A stretch of DNA of 64,000 nt from a bacterium (GTDB taxonomy: Bacteria > Bacteroidota > Ignavibacteria > UBA10030), in assembly GCA_043803945.1 (NCBI GenBank), contig JAZDJN010000010.1:20823-84822 (forward strand). The letters are read 5' to 3'. Positions 11,215-24,700 of the stretch are shown here, one piece after another. The position numbers were made by a program, and so were the translations under genes. A model generated the notes under the pieces. The model was not told the origin of the DNA. It made no database searches and saw nothing but the letters and a program-made list of their open reading frames with translations. Within the stretch, counting starts at the first letter, position 1, and every line of letters begins with the position of its first letter.

Positions 11215-11844
11215 CTAGTTCGTCAACGATTTCTGCAGAACTTCGACGGCACTCTTTTGAATCAGGAGCACCTGGTTATTTAAAATATCGAATGTTGACG
11301 CCTTCGCCGCTTCTTGGATATTCAGTGCAGTAATATTCCTTCCGGACTTATACAATATTCCATCCGCCGTATTGGTAAGGAATAATATTTTTTTCTTACT
11401 CAGCGAGAGTGCCTTCAAGACTGCAGCCATTTCTTTCGATCGCGGAGCTTGGAAGGAAAAATCTTCCACAACCACGATCGAATTGTCTTTTGCCTTGTAG
11501 CTCAACGCTGATTTACGTGCGAGGCTTCTCACTTTCGCAGGAAGCTTCACTACATAATCATGCGGGCGAGGTCCGAAGATCGATCCGCCACCGACCCATA
11601 ACGGTGAACGACTTGTCCCTGCACGGGCACGGCCTGTTTTCTTTTGTTTGTACGGTTTCTTCCCACCGCCGCGGACTTCGCTGCGGGTTTTGACTTTGTG
11701 GGTTCCCTGCCGCTTGTTCGCCTGAATCGAACGCACTGCCTGATAGATCGCATGATCGTTCGGTGTGATCTCAAAGATCTCGGGCGCGAGGGTGATCTTT
11801 TCACCGCTCTTTGTTCCGTCTATTTTATATACTTCCAATTCCAT
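11215..11844 (-). CDS. rplD: 50S ribosomal protein L4
   Basis: RQGTHKVKTRSEVRGGGKKPYKQKKTGRARAG. Confidence 0.99.
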   Translation of the reverse strand: MELEVYKIDGTKSGEKITLAPEIFEITPNDHAIYQAVRSIQANKRQGTHKVKTRSEVRGGGKKPYKQKKTGRARAGTSRSPLWVGGGSIFGPRPHDYVVKLPAKVRSLARKSALSYKAKDNSIVVVEDFSFQAPRSKEMAAVLKALSLSKKKILFLTNTADGILYKSGRNITALNIQEAAKASTFDILNNQVLLIQKSAVEVLQKSLTN

Positions 11845-11866
11845 GGATTTTCCTGAGAACTCCCGA

Positions 11867-12493
11867 TTAGCGTTGTTTCACAATTTCTACATAACTATTA
11901 ATCGCACCAGGGATGGATCCCTTCACGATGAGAATATTAGATTCGAGAATAACCTTGAGAACCTGTAAATTTTTCACGGTCACCTGGTCGTTTCCCATCC
12001 GTCCTCCCATTCGTGTTCCCTTGAAGACGCGTGAGGGATACGAACTCGAACCGATCGATCCGGGAGCACGTACTCGATCGGATTGTCCGTGCGTCGTCAT
12101 ACCGACACCACCGAAGTGATGCCGTTTCACGACACCTTGAAAACCACGACCTTTCGAACGTCCGGTAACGTCGACGATATCGCCCTGATGGAAGATATCG
12201 ACTTTCACTTCGTTTCCGAGTTGGAAGCTTGTTCCATTGGTCGTTCGAAATTCCCGCAACAGGCGCATCGGTTTTGATGCGGCTTTTGCGAAATGTCCTT
12301 TTGTGGGTTTATTCACAAGCCGTTCTTTGATTTCGTCGAATCCAAGCTGGACTGCATCATATCCATCTATAACTTTGGTTTTCACCTGCGTCACAAAGCA
12401 TGGACCGGCTTCGATTACAGTGCAGGGGATCATCTGCCCGTTCTCATCAAAGATGCTTGTCATGCCAATCTTTTTACCTAGAATGCTGCTCAC
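11867..12493 (-). CDS. rplC: 50S ribosomal protein L3
   Basis: GKKIGMT...DGYDAVQLG...[13 protein letters not shown]...RAPGSIG. Confidence 0.99.
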   Translation of the reverse strand: MSSILGKKIGMTSIFDENGQMIPCTVIEAGPCFVTQVKTKVIDGYDAVQLGFDEIKERLVNKPTKGHFAKAASKPMRLLREFRTTNGTSFQLGNEVKVDIFHQGDIVDVTGRSKGRGFQGVVKRHHFGGVGMTTHGQSDRVRAPGSIGSSSYPSRVFKGTRMGGRMGNDQVTVKNLQVLKVILESNILIVKGSIPGAINSYVEIVKQR

Positions 12494-12585
12494 AGTTCTA
12501 CTCCTGAGTCACTTCCTTGCTGACTCACTAGTGGTGTTCGAACAAGGATTATAACATCATGGTACATTTGTTCAGTCGTCAATCA

Positions 12586-12894
12586 CTAGACTTTTATTTC
12601 TACATCGACTCCAGCGGGTAACTCCAGCTTCATTAGCGAATCAACTGTTTTGCTAGTGGAGTTCAGAATATCAATAAGTCTTTTATGCGAACGTGTTTCG
12701 AATTGTTCGCGCGACTTCTTATCGACGTGCGGAGAACGATTCACTACATAGAGCGACCGTTTTGTAGGCAACGGAATTGGTCCAGACACGACCGCGCCCG
12801 TTGATTTCACTGTCTTGATGATCTTCTCTGCTGATTTATCAATCAGATTGTGATCGTACGACTTCAGCTTAATGCGTATTTTTTGACCAGCCAA
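12586..12894 (-). CDS. rpsJ: 30S ribosomal protein S10
   Basis: [11 protein letters not shown]...GPIPLPT...[13 protein letters not shown]. Confidence 0.99.
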   Translation of the reverse strand: MAGQKIRIKLKSYDHNLIDKSAEKIIKTVKSTGAVVSGPIPLPTKRSLYVVNRSPHVDKKSREQFETRSHKRLIDILNSTSKTVDSLMKLELPAGVDVEIKV

Positions 12895-12924
12895 TGAACA
12901 CTCCTAGCTGATAAGAGTCCGAAT

Positions 12925-12961
12925 GAAAAACAATGGGTTCTGGCATTTCCGCCAGAACCCA
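12925..12961 (-). terminator. Terminator/attenuator-like hairpin between tuf and rpsJ
   Basis: Minus strand TGGGTTCTGGC-GGAAAT-GCCAGAACCCA followed by TTGTTTTTC. Confidence 0.7.
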
Positions 12962-12969
12962 GTTAATTA

Positions 12970-14181
12970 TTACTCAAGAATCTTTGTCACAACACCAGCA
13001 CCAACCGTGCGTCCGCCTTCGCGGATAGCAAATCGAAGTCCCTCCTCCATAGCAATTTCAGAGATGAGTTCGATATTGATAGCATCAAGGTTGTCGCCGG
13101 GCATCACCATCTCAACGCCACCGGGGAGTGTTGCTACGCCGGTTACGTCGGTGGTGCGGAAATAGAATTGAGGGCGATAGCCATTCAGGAATGGCGTATG
13201 ACGTCCGCCTTCTTCTTTTTTCAAGACGTACACTTGAGCGGTAAATTTCTTGTGCGGCGTGATGGAACCGGGCTTCGAGATAACCATCCCGCGCTCCAAT
13301 TCTGTTTTTTCTACACCGCGCAGCAATAAACCGGCATTATCACCTGCGGTCACCTCATCGAGTTCCTTCCGGAACATCTCGGCACCAGTGATCACTGTCT
13401 TTTTATGCAATCCGAGACCGACAACTTCAACTTCATCGCCAACTTTTGCCTTCCCGCGTTCGACACGGCCAGTACCGACAGTACCACGGCCTGTAATAGA
13501 GAAGACATCTTCCACGGGCATTAGGAACGGTTTATCGACACTCCGCGCGGGCAGGGGAATATAGGAATCAACGGCACCCATAAGATCCATAATGCATTGA
13601 AATGCCGGATCATCAGTCTTCACATCCGGGTGAAGCGCTGCTTCCATTGCCTTTAAGGCGGAGCCGCGGATAATGGGAATCTCGTCGCCGGGGAAATTGT
13701 ATTTCTTGAGCAGATCCCGTACTTCGAGTTCAACGAGATCGAGCAGTTCCGGATCATCAACAGCATCAACCTTGTTTAAGAAAACAACAACCCTTGGAAC
13801 GTTCACTTGATAGGCAAGAAGAATATGCTCACGTGTTTGCGGCATAGGACCATCTGTCGCAGCAACGACAAGGATCGCTCCGTCCATCTGGGCTGCACCG
13901 GTGATCATATTCTTAATATAATCTGCGTGGCCCGGGCAGTCGACGTGTGCATAGTGCCGCTTCTCTGTTGCATATTCGACGTGCGCAGTATTAATCGTAA
14001 TACCACGAGCCTTTTCCTCTGGGGCATTATCGATCGAATCAAATGTTCGAATAGCGGACAAGCCCTTCTTTGCCAACACCATGGTGATCGCTGCAGTCAA
14101 TGTAGTCTTGCCATGGTCAACGTGACCAATAGTGCCGACGTTTACGTGCGGTTTACTACGATCAAATTTTTCCTTTGCCAT
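12970..14181 (-). CDS. tuf: Elongation factor Tu
   Basis: [29 protein letters not shown]. Confidence 0.99.
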   Translation of the reverse strand: MAKEKFDRSKPHVNVGTIGHVDHGKTTLTAAITMVLAKKGLSAIRTFDSIDNAPEEKARGITINTAHVEYATEKRHYAHVDCPGHADYIKNMITGAAQMDGAILVVAATDGPMPQTREHILLAYQVNVPRVVVFLNKVDAVDDPELLDLVELEVRDLLKKYNFPGDEIPIIRGSALKAMEAALHPDVKTDDPAFQCIMDLMGAVDSYIPLPARSVDKPFLMPVEDVFSITGRGTVGTGRVERGKAKVGDEVEVVGLGLHKKTVITGAEMFRKELDEVTAGDNAGLLLRGVEKTELERGMVISKPGSITPHKKFTAQVYVLKKEEGGRHTPFLNGYRPQFYFRTTDVTGVATLPGGVEMVMPGDNLDAINIELISEIAMEEGLRFAIREGGRTVGAGVVTKILE

Positions 14182-14232
14182 TGGAATGATCTCCTTTCGT
14201 TGTGTCAGAAGTCTGGATTAAAATTACACTCT

Positions 14233-16337
14233 CTATGATGATACTCTGCTAATGCCTTTTACTTTTTCGATAATCTCATCAGATACTGATTTGGGTGCCT
14301 GTTCGTAATGAGAAAATTGCATCGTGTATAATGCACGCCCCTGGGTCATTGACCGCATGGTTGTTGCATACCCGAACATTTCAGAAAGCGGCACCATAGC
14401 CTTTACGACCTGCGCATCTTTCCGAGTGTTCATTCCTTCAATTTTTCCGCGCCGGGAGCTTAAATCCCCTAAAATGTCTCCCAAATACTCCTCGGGGGTA
14501 ACACCACTTCAACTGCCATAATTGGTTCGAGAATGATCGGGCCTGCTTTCGATGCAGCTTCTTTGAACGCCATCGAGCCAGCTATCTTAAATGCCATTTC
14601 CGAGGAATCAACCGCGTGGAATGAGCCATCGTAGAGCTTAACTTTAACGTCTTCCACCGGATACCCAGCGAGGACACCGTTACGCATCGCTTCAAAGATA
14701 CCATCCTCGACCGGCTTAATATATTCGCGGGGAATGGAACCGCCTATGATGGCATTTTCAAATTCGAATCCCTTGCCTTTTTCATTCGGTTCAAGCTCAA
14801 TCTCAACATGACCATACTGGCCACGGCCGCCGCTTTGCCGGATAAACTTACCCTCTGCAGCCACTTTACGTGTGATTGTCTCCTTGTAGGCCACCTGCGG
14901 TTTGCCCACATTCGCTTCGACCCTAAACTCTCGTTTCATGCGATCAACAATAATCTCAAGATGTAATTCTCCCATACCACTGATGATCGTTTGACCGGTT
15001 TCTTCATTCGAGGAAACACGGAAAGTCGGATCCTCTTCTGCAAGTTTCTGTAGCGCCTCACCAAGCTTTTCCTGGTCCGCCTTGGTTCTCGGCTCAATTG
15101 CCACATCGATGACAGGATCGGGAAAAATCATCCGTTCAAGAATAATTGGATCATCCTCATTGGTAAGTGTATCACCTGTGCGAGTATTTTTCAGTCCGAT
15201 AGCTGCGACGATATCACCAGCATACACTTCGGCAACTTCCTCACGATGGTTTGCATGCATGCGGAGGATACGGGCAATTCTTTCTTTCTTATCAGAAATG
15301 ACATTATAAACGTAGGAGCCAGACTTCAACGTGCCAGCATAAATCCTAAAATAGGTAAGCCGTCCGACAAATGGATCAGTCATAATTTTGAATGCAAGTG
15401 CGGTAAAATGTTCATCATCCTTTACCAGCCTCTTCACGTCATCACTTCGGTGCGGATGATGGCCATGAACCTCGCCACCATTAATATCGATGGGCGATGG
15501 AAGAAAATCGATGACTGCATCGAGCAAATTCTGAACACCCTTATTCTTAAATGAAGAACCGCACAAAACAGGGATAATGCTCACCTTCAATGTTGCACGG
15601 CGGAGAACGGCTCGAATTTCATTCGCCGAGATCTCTTTGCCTTCGAGATATTTCTCGAGGAGTGAATCATCTTCGTCGGCAACAGCCTCGAGCATTTTAA
15701 TTCTAAACTCATTTGCTTTTGGCTTCAACTTCTCCGGAATTTCTATGTCGTCCCAAGATGTTCCTTGCGTACCTTCGTGATACATGCGAGCTTTCATCGT
15801 AATCAAATCGATGATCCCCGCAAACATTTCTCCCTCGCCAACCGGCAAGTGGATCGGTACAGCATTCGTGCTGAGCCGTTGTTTCATCATATCGATGACA
15901 CTCAGAAAATCAGCACCCGCACGATCCATTTTATTGACAAACGCAATTCTCGGGACACCATATTTATCAGCCTGCCGCCATACTGTTTCCGATTGCGGCT
16001 CTACACCGCCTACCGAGCAGAACAATGCAACCGCTCCATCAAGTACCCGTAGCGAGCGTTCGACTTCAATTGTAAAATCAACATGGCCAGGAGTGTCGAT
16101 AATGTTGATACTATGGTCTGCCCAAAAACAGGTAGTTGCAGCACTTGTGATGGTGATGCCGCGTTCCTTTTCCTGTTCCATCCAATCCATCGTTGCAGCG
16201 CCATCATGAACTTCACCCATCCGATGCAACACACCCGTATAGAACAGTATTCGTTCTGTCGTAGTGGTCTTACCAGCATCGATGTGAGCCATGATGCCGA
16301 TATTTCTTATTCTATCTAAAGGGTATTCACGTGGCAT
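14233..16337 (-). CDS. fusA: Elongation factor G, interrupted by an apparent 2-nt frameshift at 14500-14504
   Basis: Start ATG 16337 (MPREYPL). [21 protein letters not shown] lie in ORF 14469-16370; domain V ([18 protein letters not shown]...PLSEMFGY) continues in ORF 14233-14484. Removing 2 nt gives a 700-aa protein. Confidence 0.95.
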
Positions 16338-16419
16338 AACATTTTCAAGAGCGGATCTGAGGGGAAACAAATTCGCTCACATTAGAAAAACACGAATAAT
16401 TCAAGTACAGTTTTTTTTA

Positions 16420-16887
16420 TTACCACTTAAAATGTGCAAAAGCTTTATTTGCTTCTGCCATTCGATGGACATCATCTTTTTTCTTGATTGATCCACCCTC
16501 ACCCGATGCAGCCGACATCAATTCAGATGCGAGTTTTCGAGCCATCGATGTATCCGAGCGTTCGTTGGCGTAGTTAATTAGCCAGCGGATTGCAAGAGCG
16601 GTTCGCCGCTCGGGGCGAACTTCTGTGGGAACTTGATAGGTAGCACCACCAACTCTACGCGCCCGAACCTCAATGAGAGGCGAGGCATTATTTACGGCCT
16701 TTTTAAAGACGTCAATTGCCTTCGTCTTTGTGCGCTCTTCAATAATATTGAATGCGCCATAAAGAATACCTCTGGCAACGTGTTTTTTTCCCTTTTTCAA
16801 GAGGGAATTAATAAACCGAGAAACCAAAATATCCTGGAATATCGGATCGGGTGAAGCTAATCTTTTTGTTGATCTTTTCTTTCTCAT
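16420..16887 (-). CDS. rpsG: 30S ribosomal protein S7
   Basis: RRVGGATYQVP...HRMAEANKAFAHF. Confidence 0.99.
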   Translation of the reverse strand: MRKKRSTKRLASPDPIFQDILVSRFINSLLKKGKKHVARGILYGAFNIIEERTKTKAIDVFKKAVNNASPLIEVRARRVGGATYQVPTEVRPERRTALAIRWLINYANERSDTSMARKLASELMSAASGEGGSIKKKDDVHRMAEANKAFAHFKW

Positions 16888-16899
16888 CAGCGTTTCTGT

Positions 16900-17274
16900 C
16901 TACTGCTTTGGCTTTTTGGCTCCATATTTAGAACGACCTTGTTTGCGATCCTGGACACCCTGAGTATCTAGGGATCCTCGAATAATGTGATATCTGACAC
17001 CAGGGAGATCTTTTACTCTTCCACCGCGTACCAGAACAATGGAATGCTCCTGTAAATTATGCCCTTCTCCCGGAATGTAGGCAGTAACTTCAATACCATT
17101 CTGGAGTCTGACACGAGCCACCTTCCGAAGAGCCGAATTCGGCTTTTTCGGTGTTGTGGTATAAACCCTTGTACAAACCCCTCTTTTTTGAGGATTTGAT
17201 TGAAGCGCAGGAGATTTACTCTTCCAGGAAACCTTCTCTCTGCCATTCCGAACTAACTGATTAATTGTGGGCAA
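16900..17274 (-). CDS. rpsL: 30S ribosomal protein S12
   Basis: [10 protein letters not shown]...[10 protein letters not shown]...[12 protein letters not shown]. Confidence 0.99.
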   Translation of the reverse strand: MPTINQLVRNGREKVSWKSKSPALQSNPQKRGVCTRVYTTTPKKPNSALRKVARVRLQNGIEVTAYIPGEGHNLQEHSIVLVRGGRVKDLPGVRYHIIRGSLDTQGVQDRKQGRSKYGAKKPKQ

Positions 17275-17324
17275 TTCTCGTAATCCTCGAATTTGACTGG
17301 TAGATCTGAGAAAAAAAGTTTATA

Positions 17325-17353
17325 AATATAACAACATCAAAACAAAATGTCAA
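17325..17353 (-). promoter_or_regulatory. Sigma70-type promoter of the str/S10 operon
   Basis: Minus strand TTGACA-N17-TATATT about 50 nt upstream of rpsL. Confidence 0.8.
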
Positions 17354-17367
17354 TACATATAGAATAT

Positions 17368-20300
17368 TTATGTAGTAATTTTTGACTTTCGTTTCCTCTC
17401 CTTAGATTGAACCAATTCAACCACTTCTTCGATGATCTCAAGGGGTTCCGGTGCCGGTGCAACAGCTTCCCTCGAGGACACAAAGATTTCTTTGAACTTT
17501 TTCTGACCTGTGCCTGCAGGAATGAGGTGCCCCATGATCACATTCTCCTTCAAACCGAGGAGATGATCGACCTTCCCTTCGATCGCTGCATCCGTAAGCA
17601 CCTTCGTCGTTTCCTGGAAGGAGGCAGCTGAGATGAAACTATCCGTAGTTAAAGATGCCTGGGTAATACCGAGAAGAATCGGTTCAGAAGTTGCCGGAAT
17701 GGTATCGCGAGCTTCAGCAACTTTCTTTGTTTTCTTCTTCAAGTCGGTGTTGATTTCACGGAGATTTTTCTTGGCAACAATTGCACCGTTTTTCAACTTG
17801 GAGTCACCCTTACTCACAACGCAGACTTTTCCGGAAAGATTCTGATTATCATCATGTAAGCGGGATTTATCAATATTATCACCCTCGAGATACTTAGTGT
17901 CGCCAGCATCAACGATTCGCTCTTTCTGCATCATTTGGCGTACGATAACCTCGATATGCTTGTCGTTGATTTTTACACCCTGCATACGATACACTTCCTG
18001 AATCTCGTTCACGAGGTATTCCTGCACAGAAGTTGTACCCTTAATCCGAAGAATGTCATGGGGATCAATAGAACCGGCAGAAAGACGTTCACCTGCTCTA
18101 ATTGTATCATTGTCCTGGACAAGAATGTGCTTTCCGAGAGGAACGAGATAGGTACGACGATCCTTTCCATCATGACTCTGAACGAACACCTCTCGTGCTC
18201 CGCGCTTCGGTTGACCGATAGTAACGACGCCGTCAATTTCCGTGATAATGGCTGGATCGTTCGGATGACGTGCTTCAAACAATTCTGTTACGCGTGGCAG
18301 ACCTCCGGTAATATCACGGGTCTTGCCGATATCACGTGGAATCTTCACTAGAACTGCACCAGCGTGAATCTCCTCTCCATCATCAACAATCAAGTGCGCC
18401 CGGGTAGGCATCGGGTAGGAAGCAACCTTCTGCCCTTTGGCATTGAGAATAGTTAGCGTAGGGATGAGACTCTTCTCACGACTGTCGATGACCACCTTCT
18501 GAATGTGACCTGTTTGCTCATCCGGTTCTTCGCGAAAGGTGACATTTTCTTTCAGGTCGACATATTTTACTGTTCCAGGATGTTCCGAGACTATCACAGC
18601 ATTGTACGGATCCCACTCATAAATCATCTCACTCCTGTGAACCTTGCCTCCATCCTTTACAGCGAGAACCGCACCATAAGGAACATCATATTTAGTCAGG
18701 ACACGATTATCATCATCAATAATATTAATAACACCACTACGACCAGAAACGATGAGGTGTTTTCCGGCCTCACCCACCGTTTCAATAAATTTGATGCCAT
18801 CATATCTGACACTGCCTTCGAACTTCGATGCAATTTGTGATTGCGAGGCGATTAAACTTGCCGTACCGCCGGTATGAAAGGTTCGGAGGGTCAACTGCGT
18901 CCCGGGTTCACCAATGGACTGAGCGGCGATAACACCGACGGCAGTGCCAGGTTCTACTATTTTTGCGGTGGTCAAATCACGTCCATAGCATTTTGCACAG
19001 ATCCCACGGCGTGCATCGCATGTCAGTGCTGATCGAATTTCCACGATCTCGATAGACGTCTCGGAAATGCTTTGAGCCTTATCCTCGTCTATTATCTCTC
19101 CTGCCTTCACGATCACCGTACCATTGAGCGGATCTGTGACATCATGGACAGAGACTCGCCCAAGAATACGTTCGGATAACGGCTCTTTGACATCCTCTCC
19201 TTCTTTCAGCGCAGATGTTGGTACACCGCGAATCGTACCACAATCCTCTTCGCAAATAATACCATCCTGAGCAACGTCAATAAGACGACGAGTGAGGTAA
19301 CCAGCATCAGCTGTTTTCAACGCAGTGTCAGCAAGACCTTTCCGTGCTCCGTGAGTTGAGATGAAGTATTCCAGAATCGAAAGTCCTTCACGGAAATTCG
19401 CGACGATAGGATTCTCAATTAACTCCCCCGTTGCTCCAGAGAGGCTCTTCTGCGGTTTCGCCATCAGGCCACGCATCCCAGCGAGCTGGCGAACCTGTTC
19501 CTTCGAACCACGCGCGCCAGAATCAACCATCATGTAGAGCGAGTTGAATCCTTCACGGGAGTGTTGTAACGAGTCGAACAGTTTCTCTGCAATTTTGCTT
19601 GTTGCCCTTGTCCAGATATCGATCACTTTATTATAGCGTTCACCATTGGTGATGAAGCCGCGATAGTACTGACTCTCAACGTTCTCAACATCCTTTTGAG
19701 CCTTGGCAACCATCTCGTATTTCTCTTTGGGGATGATAACGTCGCCAATGGAAACCGACAATCCACCACGCGTAGCATATTGGAATCCGAGTGTCTTCAA
19801 TTTATCCAGGAATTGAGCCGTTACCAAGTTACCGCATCGTCTGAACACTGTCGCGACAATTTGAACGAGCCTCTTTTTATTGAGCAATTCGTTGATGAAG
19901 GGAACGTCGCTTGGGAGAATACGATTGAAGATGACGCGACCGGTTGTAGTTTCAACCAGTTTGTTGTCAATGCGCACTTTAATCTTCGCATGCAGAGCGA
20001 GCTTATCCTGATCGTAGGCGATAATAACCTCTTCAGGTGACGAGAAAATCATGCCTTCGCCAAGATCATTGTTTTTTGACTTGGTCAGATAATAACAGCC
20101 AAGAACCTGATCTTGTGTAGGAGTAACAATTGGCGCGCCACTGGCAGGCGAAAGAATATTGTGGCTCGAGAGCATCAGAATGCGAGCCTCAAGCTGCGCC
20201 TCATACGACAACGGCACGTGTACCGCCATCTGGTCACCGTCAAAGTCGGCATTGAACGCCGAGCATACCATCGGATGAATCCGAATCGCCTTTCCCTCCA

Positions 20301-21660
20301 CGAGCACCGGCTGGAATGCCTGGATACCCAACCTGTGCAAGGTCGGGGCACGATTCAGCATGACCGGATGACCATCGATGATATGATCGAGAATATCCCA
20401 AACTTCAGGACCTTTCTTATCAACCATCTTTTTAGCACTCTTGACGGTTTTCACGAGGCCGCGCTCAATGAGTTTTCTTATGATCTGCGGTTTGAACAAC
20501 TCGACAGCCATATCCTTCGGCAATCCGCATTCATGAAGTTTGAGTTCCGGACCAACAACGATAACGGAACGGCCGGAATAATCGACACGTTTTCCAAGAA
20601 GATTTTGACGGAATCTTCCCTGCTTGCCTTTCAACATGTCGGAGAGCGACTTGAGTGCCCGGTTATTGTCGCTGCGAACAGCATTTACGCGTCTCGAGTT
20701 ATCGAGCAACGAGTCGACCGCTTCCTGAAGCATACGTTTCTCATTCCGAAGAATGACTTCTGGAGCCTTGATTTCAATAAGTCTCTTCAATCGATTATTC
20801 CGGATGATAACCCGGCGATAGAGATCGTTCAAGTCGGAAGTCGCAAACCTTCCACCCTCCAAGGGAACGAGCGGGCGAAGCTCTGGGGGAATCACTGGAA
20901 TGACATCAAGCACCATCCACTCGGGGCGATTTTTCGTGCTCTCCTCACTCTTCCGGAATGACTCGAGTATCCGTAACCTTTTCAATGCTTCATTCTTTTT
21001 CTGGACCGATGTTTCCGTCTTGACATCGATGCGGAGGCGGGTCGTAGTTTCCTCAACATTCACTCTCCGCAGGAGATCCTTAATTGCATCGCCGCCCATC
21101 TTCGCAATAAACTTTTTCGGATCGTTATCTTCTAAATCGAAGTTGCTCTCGGGCAATGAGGAGAGAATTTCCAGATACTGATCTTCGGTGATCAGATCCT
21201 GCTTCTGCAGACCTGTGGTACCTGGACTGATAACGACATACGACTCGTAATAAATGATCTTTTCCAGTTCCTTACTTGTTAGTCCAAGCACATGACCGAT
21301 CTTCGTCGGGAGGGAACGGAAGTACCAGATATGGACAACGGGAACCGCGAGCGCAATGTGTCCCATCCGCTCGCGCCTGACACTTTTCTGCGTCACTTCA
21401 ACGCCGCAACGGTCACATGTAATCCCTTTATACCGGATTCTTTTATACTTTCCACAATGACATTCCCAATCTCTCACAGGGCCAAAGATCTTTTCACAGA
21501 ACAGTCCATCCTTCTCCGGCCGGAAGGAACGATAGTTAATCGTCTCCGGTTTCGTGACCTCTCCATGCGAACGGGCGAGGATCATATCGGGAGAAGCGAG
21601 ACCGATCGTGATCTTGGAAAATGTTTTTCGTGGTGTTGCTTCGTGTGTTGTAAAAGGCAT
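17368..21660 (-). CDS. rpoC: RNA polymerase beta' subunit
   Basis: NADFDGD active-site motif, N-terminal zinc finger, [12 protein letters not shown]. Confidence 0.99.
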   Translation of the reverse strand: MPFTTHEATPRKTFSKITIGLASPDMILARSHGEVTKPETINYRSFRPEKDGLFCEKIFGPVRDWECHCGKYKRIRYKGITCDRCGVEVTQKSVRRERMGHIALAVPVVHIWYFRSLPTKIGHVLGLTSKELEKIIYYESYVVISPGTTGLQKQDLITEDQYLEILSSLPESNFDLEDNDPKKFIAKMGGDAIKDLLRRVNVEETTTRLRIDVKTETSVQKKNEALKRLRILESFRKSEESTKNRPEWMVLDVIPVIPPELRPLVPLEGGRFATSDLNDLYRRVIIRNNRLKRLIEIKAPEVILRNEKRMLQEAVDSLLDNSRRVNAVRSDNNRALKSLSDMLKGKQGRFRQNLLGKRVDYSGRSVIVVGPELKLHECGLPKDMAVELFKPQIIRKLIERGLVKTVKSAKKMVDKKGPEVWDILDHIIDGHPVMLNRAPTLHRLGIQAFQPVLVEGKAIRIHPMVCSAFNADFDGDQMAVHVPLSYEAQLEARILMLSSHNILSPASGAPIVTPTQDQVLGCYYLTKSKNNDLGEGMIFSSPEEVIIAYDQDKLALHAKIKVRIDNKLVETTTGRVIFNRILPSDVPFINELLNKKRLVQIVATVFRRCGNLVTAQFLDKLKTLGFQYATRGGLSVSIGDVIIPKEKYEMVAKAQKDVENVESQYYRGFITNGERYNKVIDIWTRATSKIAEKLFDSLQHSREGFNSLYMMVDSGARGSKEQVRQLAGMRGLMAKPQKSLSGATGELIENPIVANFREGLSILEYFISTHGARKGLADTALKTADAGYLTRRLIDVAQDGIICEEDCGTIRGVPTSALKEGEDVKEPLSERILGRVSVHDVTDPLNGTVIVKAGEIIDEDKAQSISETSIEIVEIRSALTCDARRGICAKCYGRDLTTAKIVEPGTAVGVIAAQSIGEPGTQLTLRTFHTGGTASLIASQSQIASKFEGSVRYDGIKFIETVGEAGKHLIVSGRSGVINIIDDDNRVLTKYDVPYGAVLAVKDGGKVHRSEMIYEWDPYNAVIVSEHPGTVKYVDLKENVTFREEPDEQTGHIQKVVIDSREKSLIPTLTILNAKGQKVASYPMPTRAHLIVDDGEEIHAGAVLVKIPRDIGKTRDITGGLPRVTELFEARHPNDPAIITEIDGVVTIGQPKRGAREVFVQSHDGKDRRTYLVPLGKHILVQDNDTIRAGERLSAGSIDPHDILRIKGTTSVQEYLVNEIQEVYRMQGVKINDKHIEVIVRQMMQKERIVDAGDTKYLEGDNIDKSRLHDDNQNLSGKVCVVSKGDSKLKNGAIVAKKNLREINTDLKKKTKKVAEARDTIPATSEPILLGITQASLTTDSFISAASFQETTKVLTDAAIEGKVDHLLGLKENVIMGHLIPAGTGQKKFKEIFVSSREAVAPAPEPLEIIEEVVELVQSKERKRKSKITT

Positions 21661-21743
21661 TGCCTACCTCCACATTAAAAATAATATTCTACAGCTCATA
21701 CCAGTGGTTTCAGGATTCAAAGAAAAGCGAACGAGCCGCTTTC

Positions 21744-24700
21744 TCACTCGATTTTTATCTCGAGCCCGAGACCTTGTAACTCACGGACAAGCACATTGAA
21801 TGATTCCGGCACATTCGGTTCAGGGAGATTCTCGCCTTTGACGATCGCTTCGTAAACCTTCGCACGGCCAAGCACGTCATCGGATTTCACGGTGAGTATT
21901 TCCTGGAGCACATTCGCAGCCCCGTAGCCCTCAAGTGCCCACACTTCCATCTCGCCGAACCGTTGCCCGCCAAATTGCGCTTTACCACCCAATGGCTGCT
22001 GGGTAATCAACGAGTATGGTCCGATTGAACGGGCATGAATCTTATCATCCACTAAGTGAGAGAGTTTCATCATATAAATAAATCCGATTGACACTTCCTG
22101 GTCGAATGGTTCGCCTGTCCGGCCATCGATTAATTGCGACTTTGATGTCTCGCTAAGGCCTGCTTTCAGTAGTTGCGCCTGAACATCTTCCCAGGTTGCT
22201 CCATCAAAAATTGGTGAGGCGTATTTTTCACCTAATTTGAATCCGGCCCAGCCAAGAGCAACTTCAAAGAGCTGGCCGAGATTCATACGGGACGGAACAC
22301 CAAGAGGATTGAGCACAAGGTCCACCGATGTGCCATCGGGAAGGAAAGGCATATCCTCCACCGGAACAACCGTGGAAACAACACCCTTGTTACCATGGCG
22401 GCCTGCCATCTTATCTCCCACGGAGAGCTTGCGCTTCTTTGCAACATACACTTTTGCCAGTTGAACGATCCCGGGCGCCAATTCATCGCCGAGCTGGATC
22501 TTGTTCTTCTCGTGACGATAGAGTTCTTCGATTTCACTCAGCTTCTGACGATAGTTCTCAAATATCTTGACCACCATATTATTCTTCCGGCGATCATCGA
22601 TCCAGTCCTGGTTGAAATCGAGTTTATCAATTGTCTCCAGTGTGGCAAAGGTATCCTCCTTCAGCACAGTACTGCTCCGGAACACCATGTTGCCATCGAG
22701 ATCGCGGATACCGATCGATTTCTCGCCTATGAGGAGTTGATCAAGTTTCTTCCCGAGCTTTTCCTGGAGATCTTTAATATCCTTCCGACGTAAACGTTCA
22801 AGCCCTTCAAGTTTCTTCTTATCCTCTTTTTTGCTCTCGGTGTCTTTCTTCTTTCGGCTGAACAGCTTGGTTGAAATGACGATCCCCTTCATTCCTGGAG
22901 GAGCTTTCAGGGATGCATCTTTCACATCGCCGGCTTTCTCTCCGAAGATTGCTTTGAGCAGTTTCTCTTCCGGTGTTGGATCCGTTTCCCCTTTTGGTGT
23001 GATCTTGCCAATGAGGATGTCTCCTTCATTCACTTCGGCCCCAACGCGGATGATTCCATTTTCATCAAGGTCTTTCGTAGCCTCTTCGCTGACATTGGGA
23101 ATTTCCCGTGTCAGCTCCTCTTCACCCCGTTTCGTATCACGGACCTGAAGCTCGAACTCTTCGATATGAATTGAAGTAAAAACATCCTCGGACACAACGC
23201 GTTCACTGACGATGATAGCATCCTCAAAGTTGTACCCTCGCCATGGCATAAATGCAACGAGTACGTTCCGACCCAGTGCAAGCTCACCTTGATCCGTTGC
23301 GCACCCATCCACGAGCACATCGCCCCGTTTGAACTTATCACCGGCATTGACAACGGGTTTTTGGTTGATGCATGTATCCTGGTTCGTACGGAAAAATTTT
23401 GTCAGTTTATATTCAACACGTCGCTTATCATCGAAGCTGATAATCGCTTCGGTACTATTCTCATCGATATCATATTGTACGACAATACTATCGCCGGATA
23501 CAGATTCGACTGCGCCATTCCGTTCTGCAACGATGATCGTGCGGGAATCACGAGCGAGTTTTTCCTCGAGACCGGTACCGACGATCGGAGCTACCGGGGT
23601 GAGGAGTGGTACGGCCTGGCGTTGCATGTTCGATCCCATTAGAGCACGGTTTGCATCATCATGCTCGAGGAAGGGAATTAACGCTGCGGCGGCACTCACA
23701 ATCTGGTTGGGAGCAACATCCATGAAATGAATTTTATCGGGATCGGAAAGCGGATAATCGCTCTGGAACCGGGATTTGATTTTCTCTTCACGGAACTTAC
23801 CCTTGTCATCGATCGGTGCATTCGCCTGTGCGATGACAACTTCATCCTCTTTCTCGGCAGTCAGGAACTCGATCTCCTCAAGGACTTTTCCGCCCTTGAC
23901 ACGCCGGTATGGCGTTTCAATGAATCCAAAATCATTGATGCGTGCATGAATACAGAGTGACGAGATCAGACCGATGTTTGGACCTTCGGGAGTTTCAATG
24001 GGGCATAACCGGCCATAATGTGTGTAATGAACGTCACGAACCTCGAAGCCGGCGCGCTCACGCGTCAACCCGCCCGGTCCAAGCGCAGAGACACGACGTT
24101 TATGCGTCATCTCGGCAAGCGGATTCGTCTGATCCATGAACTGTGATAATTGGTTTGTTCCAAAAAACGCATTGATTACACTCGTGATCGTCCGGGCATT
24201 CACCAGATCCTGCGGTGTGATTGTTTCGGCATCACGCAGGTTCATTCGCTCACGGATGGTTCTGGTCATGCGGGAGAGGCCGACATTAAATTGCTGGCCA
24301 AGTTGTTCACCGACAGTTCGCACGCGGCGATTCCCGAGGTGATCGATGTCGTCGATGGAGCGTTTACCCTGCTGCAGTTCGATGAGGTACTTCACAATGG
24401 CAACGATGTCATCGCGGGTCAGGGTTGTGACATCTTCTTTGATGCTAAGGTTGAGCTTTGCATTCATCCTGTGACGTCCAACATCGCCCAGATCGTACCG
24501 TTTTGGATTGAAGAAGAGGCGATCGATAAGATTCTTTGCTGTATCGAGATCGGGAGCCTCGCCGGAGCGCAATTGTGAATAGATTGTTTCGAGCGCGTCC
24601 TCCTCGGAACGAGCGGCATCACGGAGGATTGTATTGGCAATGACCGAACTCTCTTCGGTTGCTTCTTTCTTCAGAAATCGGATCTTTTTAATATCCGATT

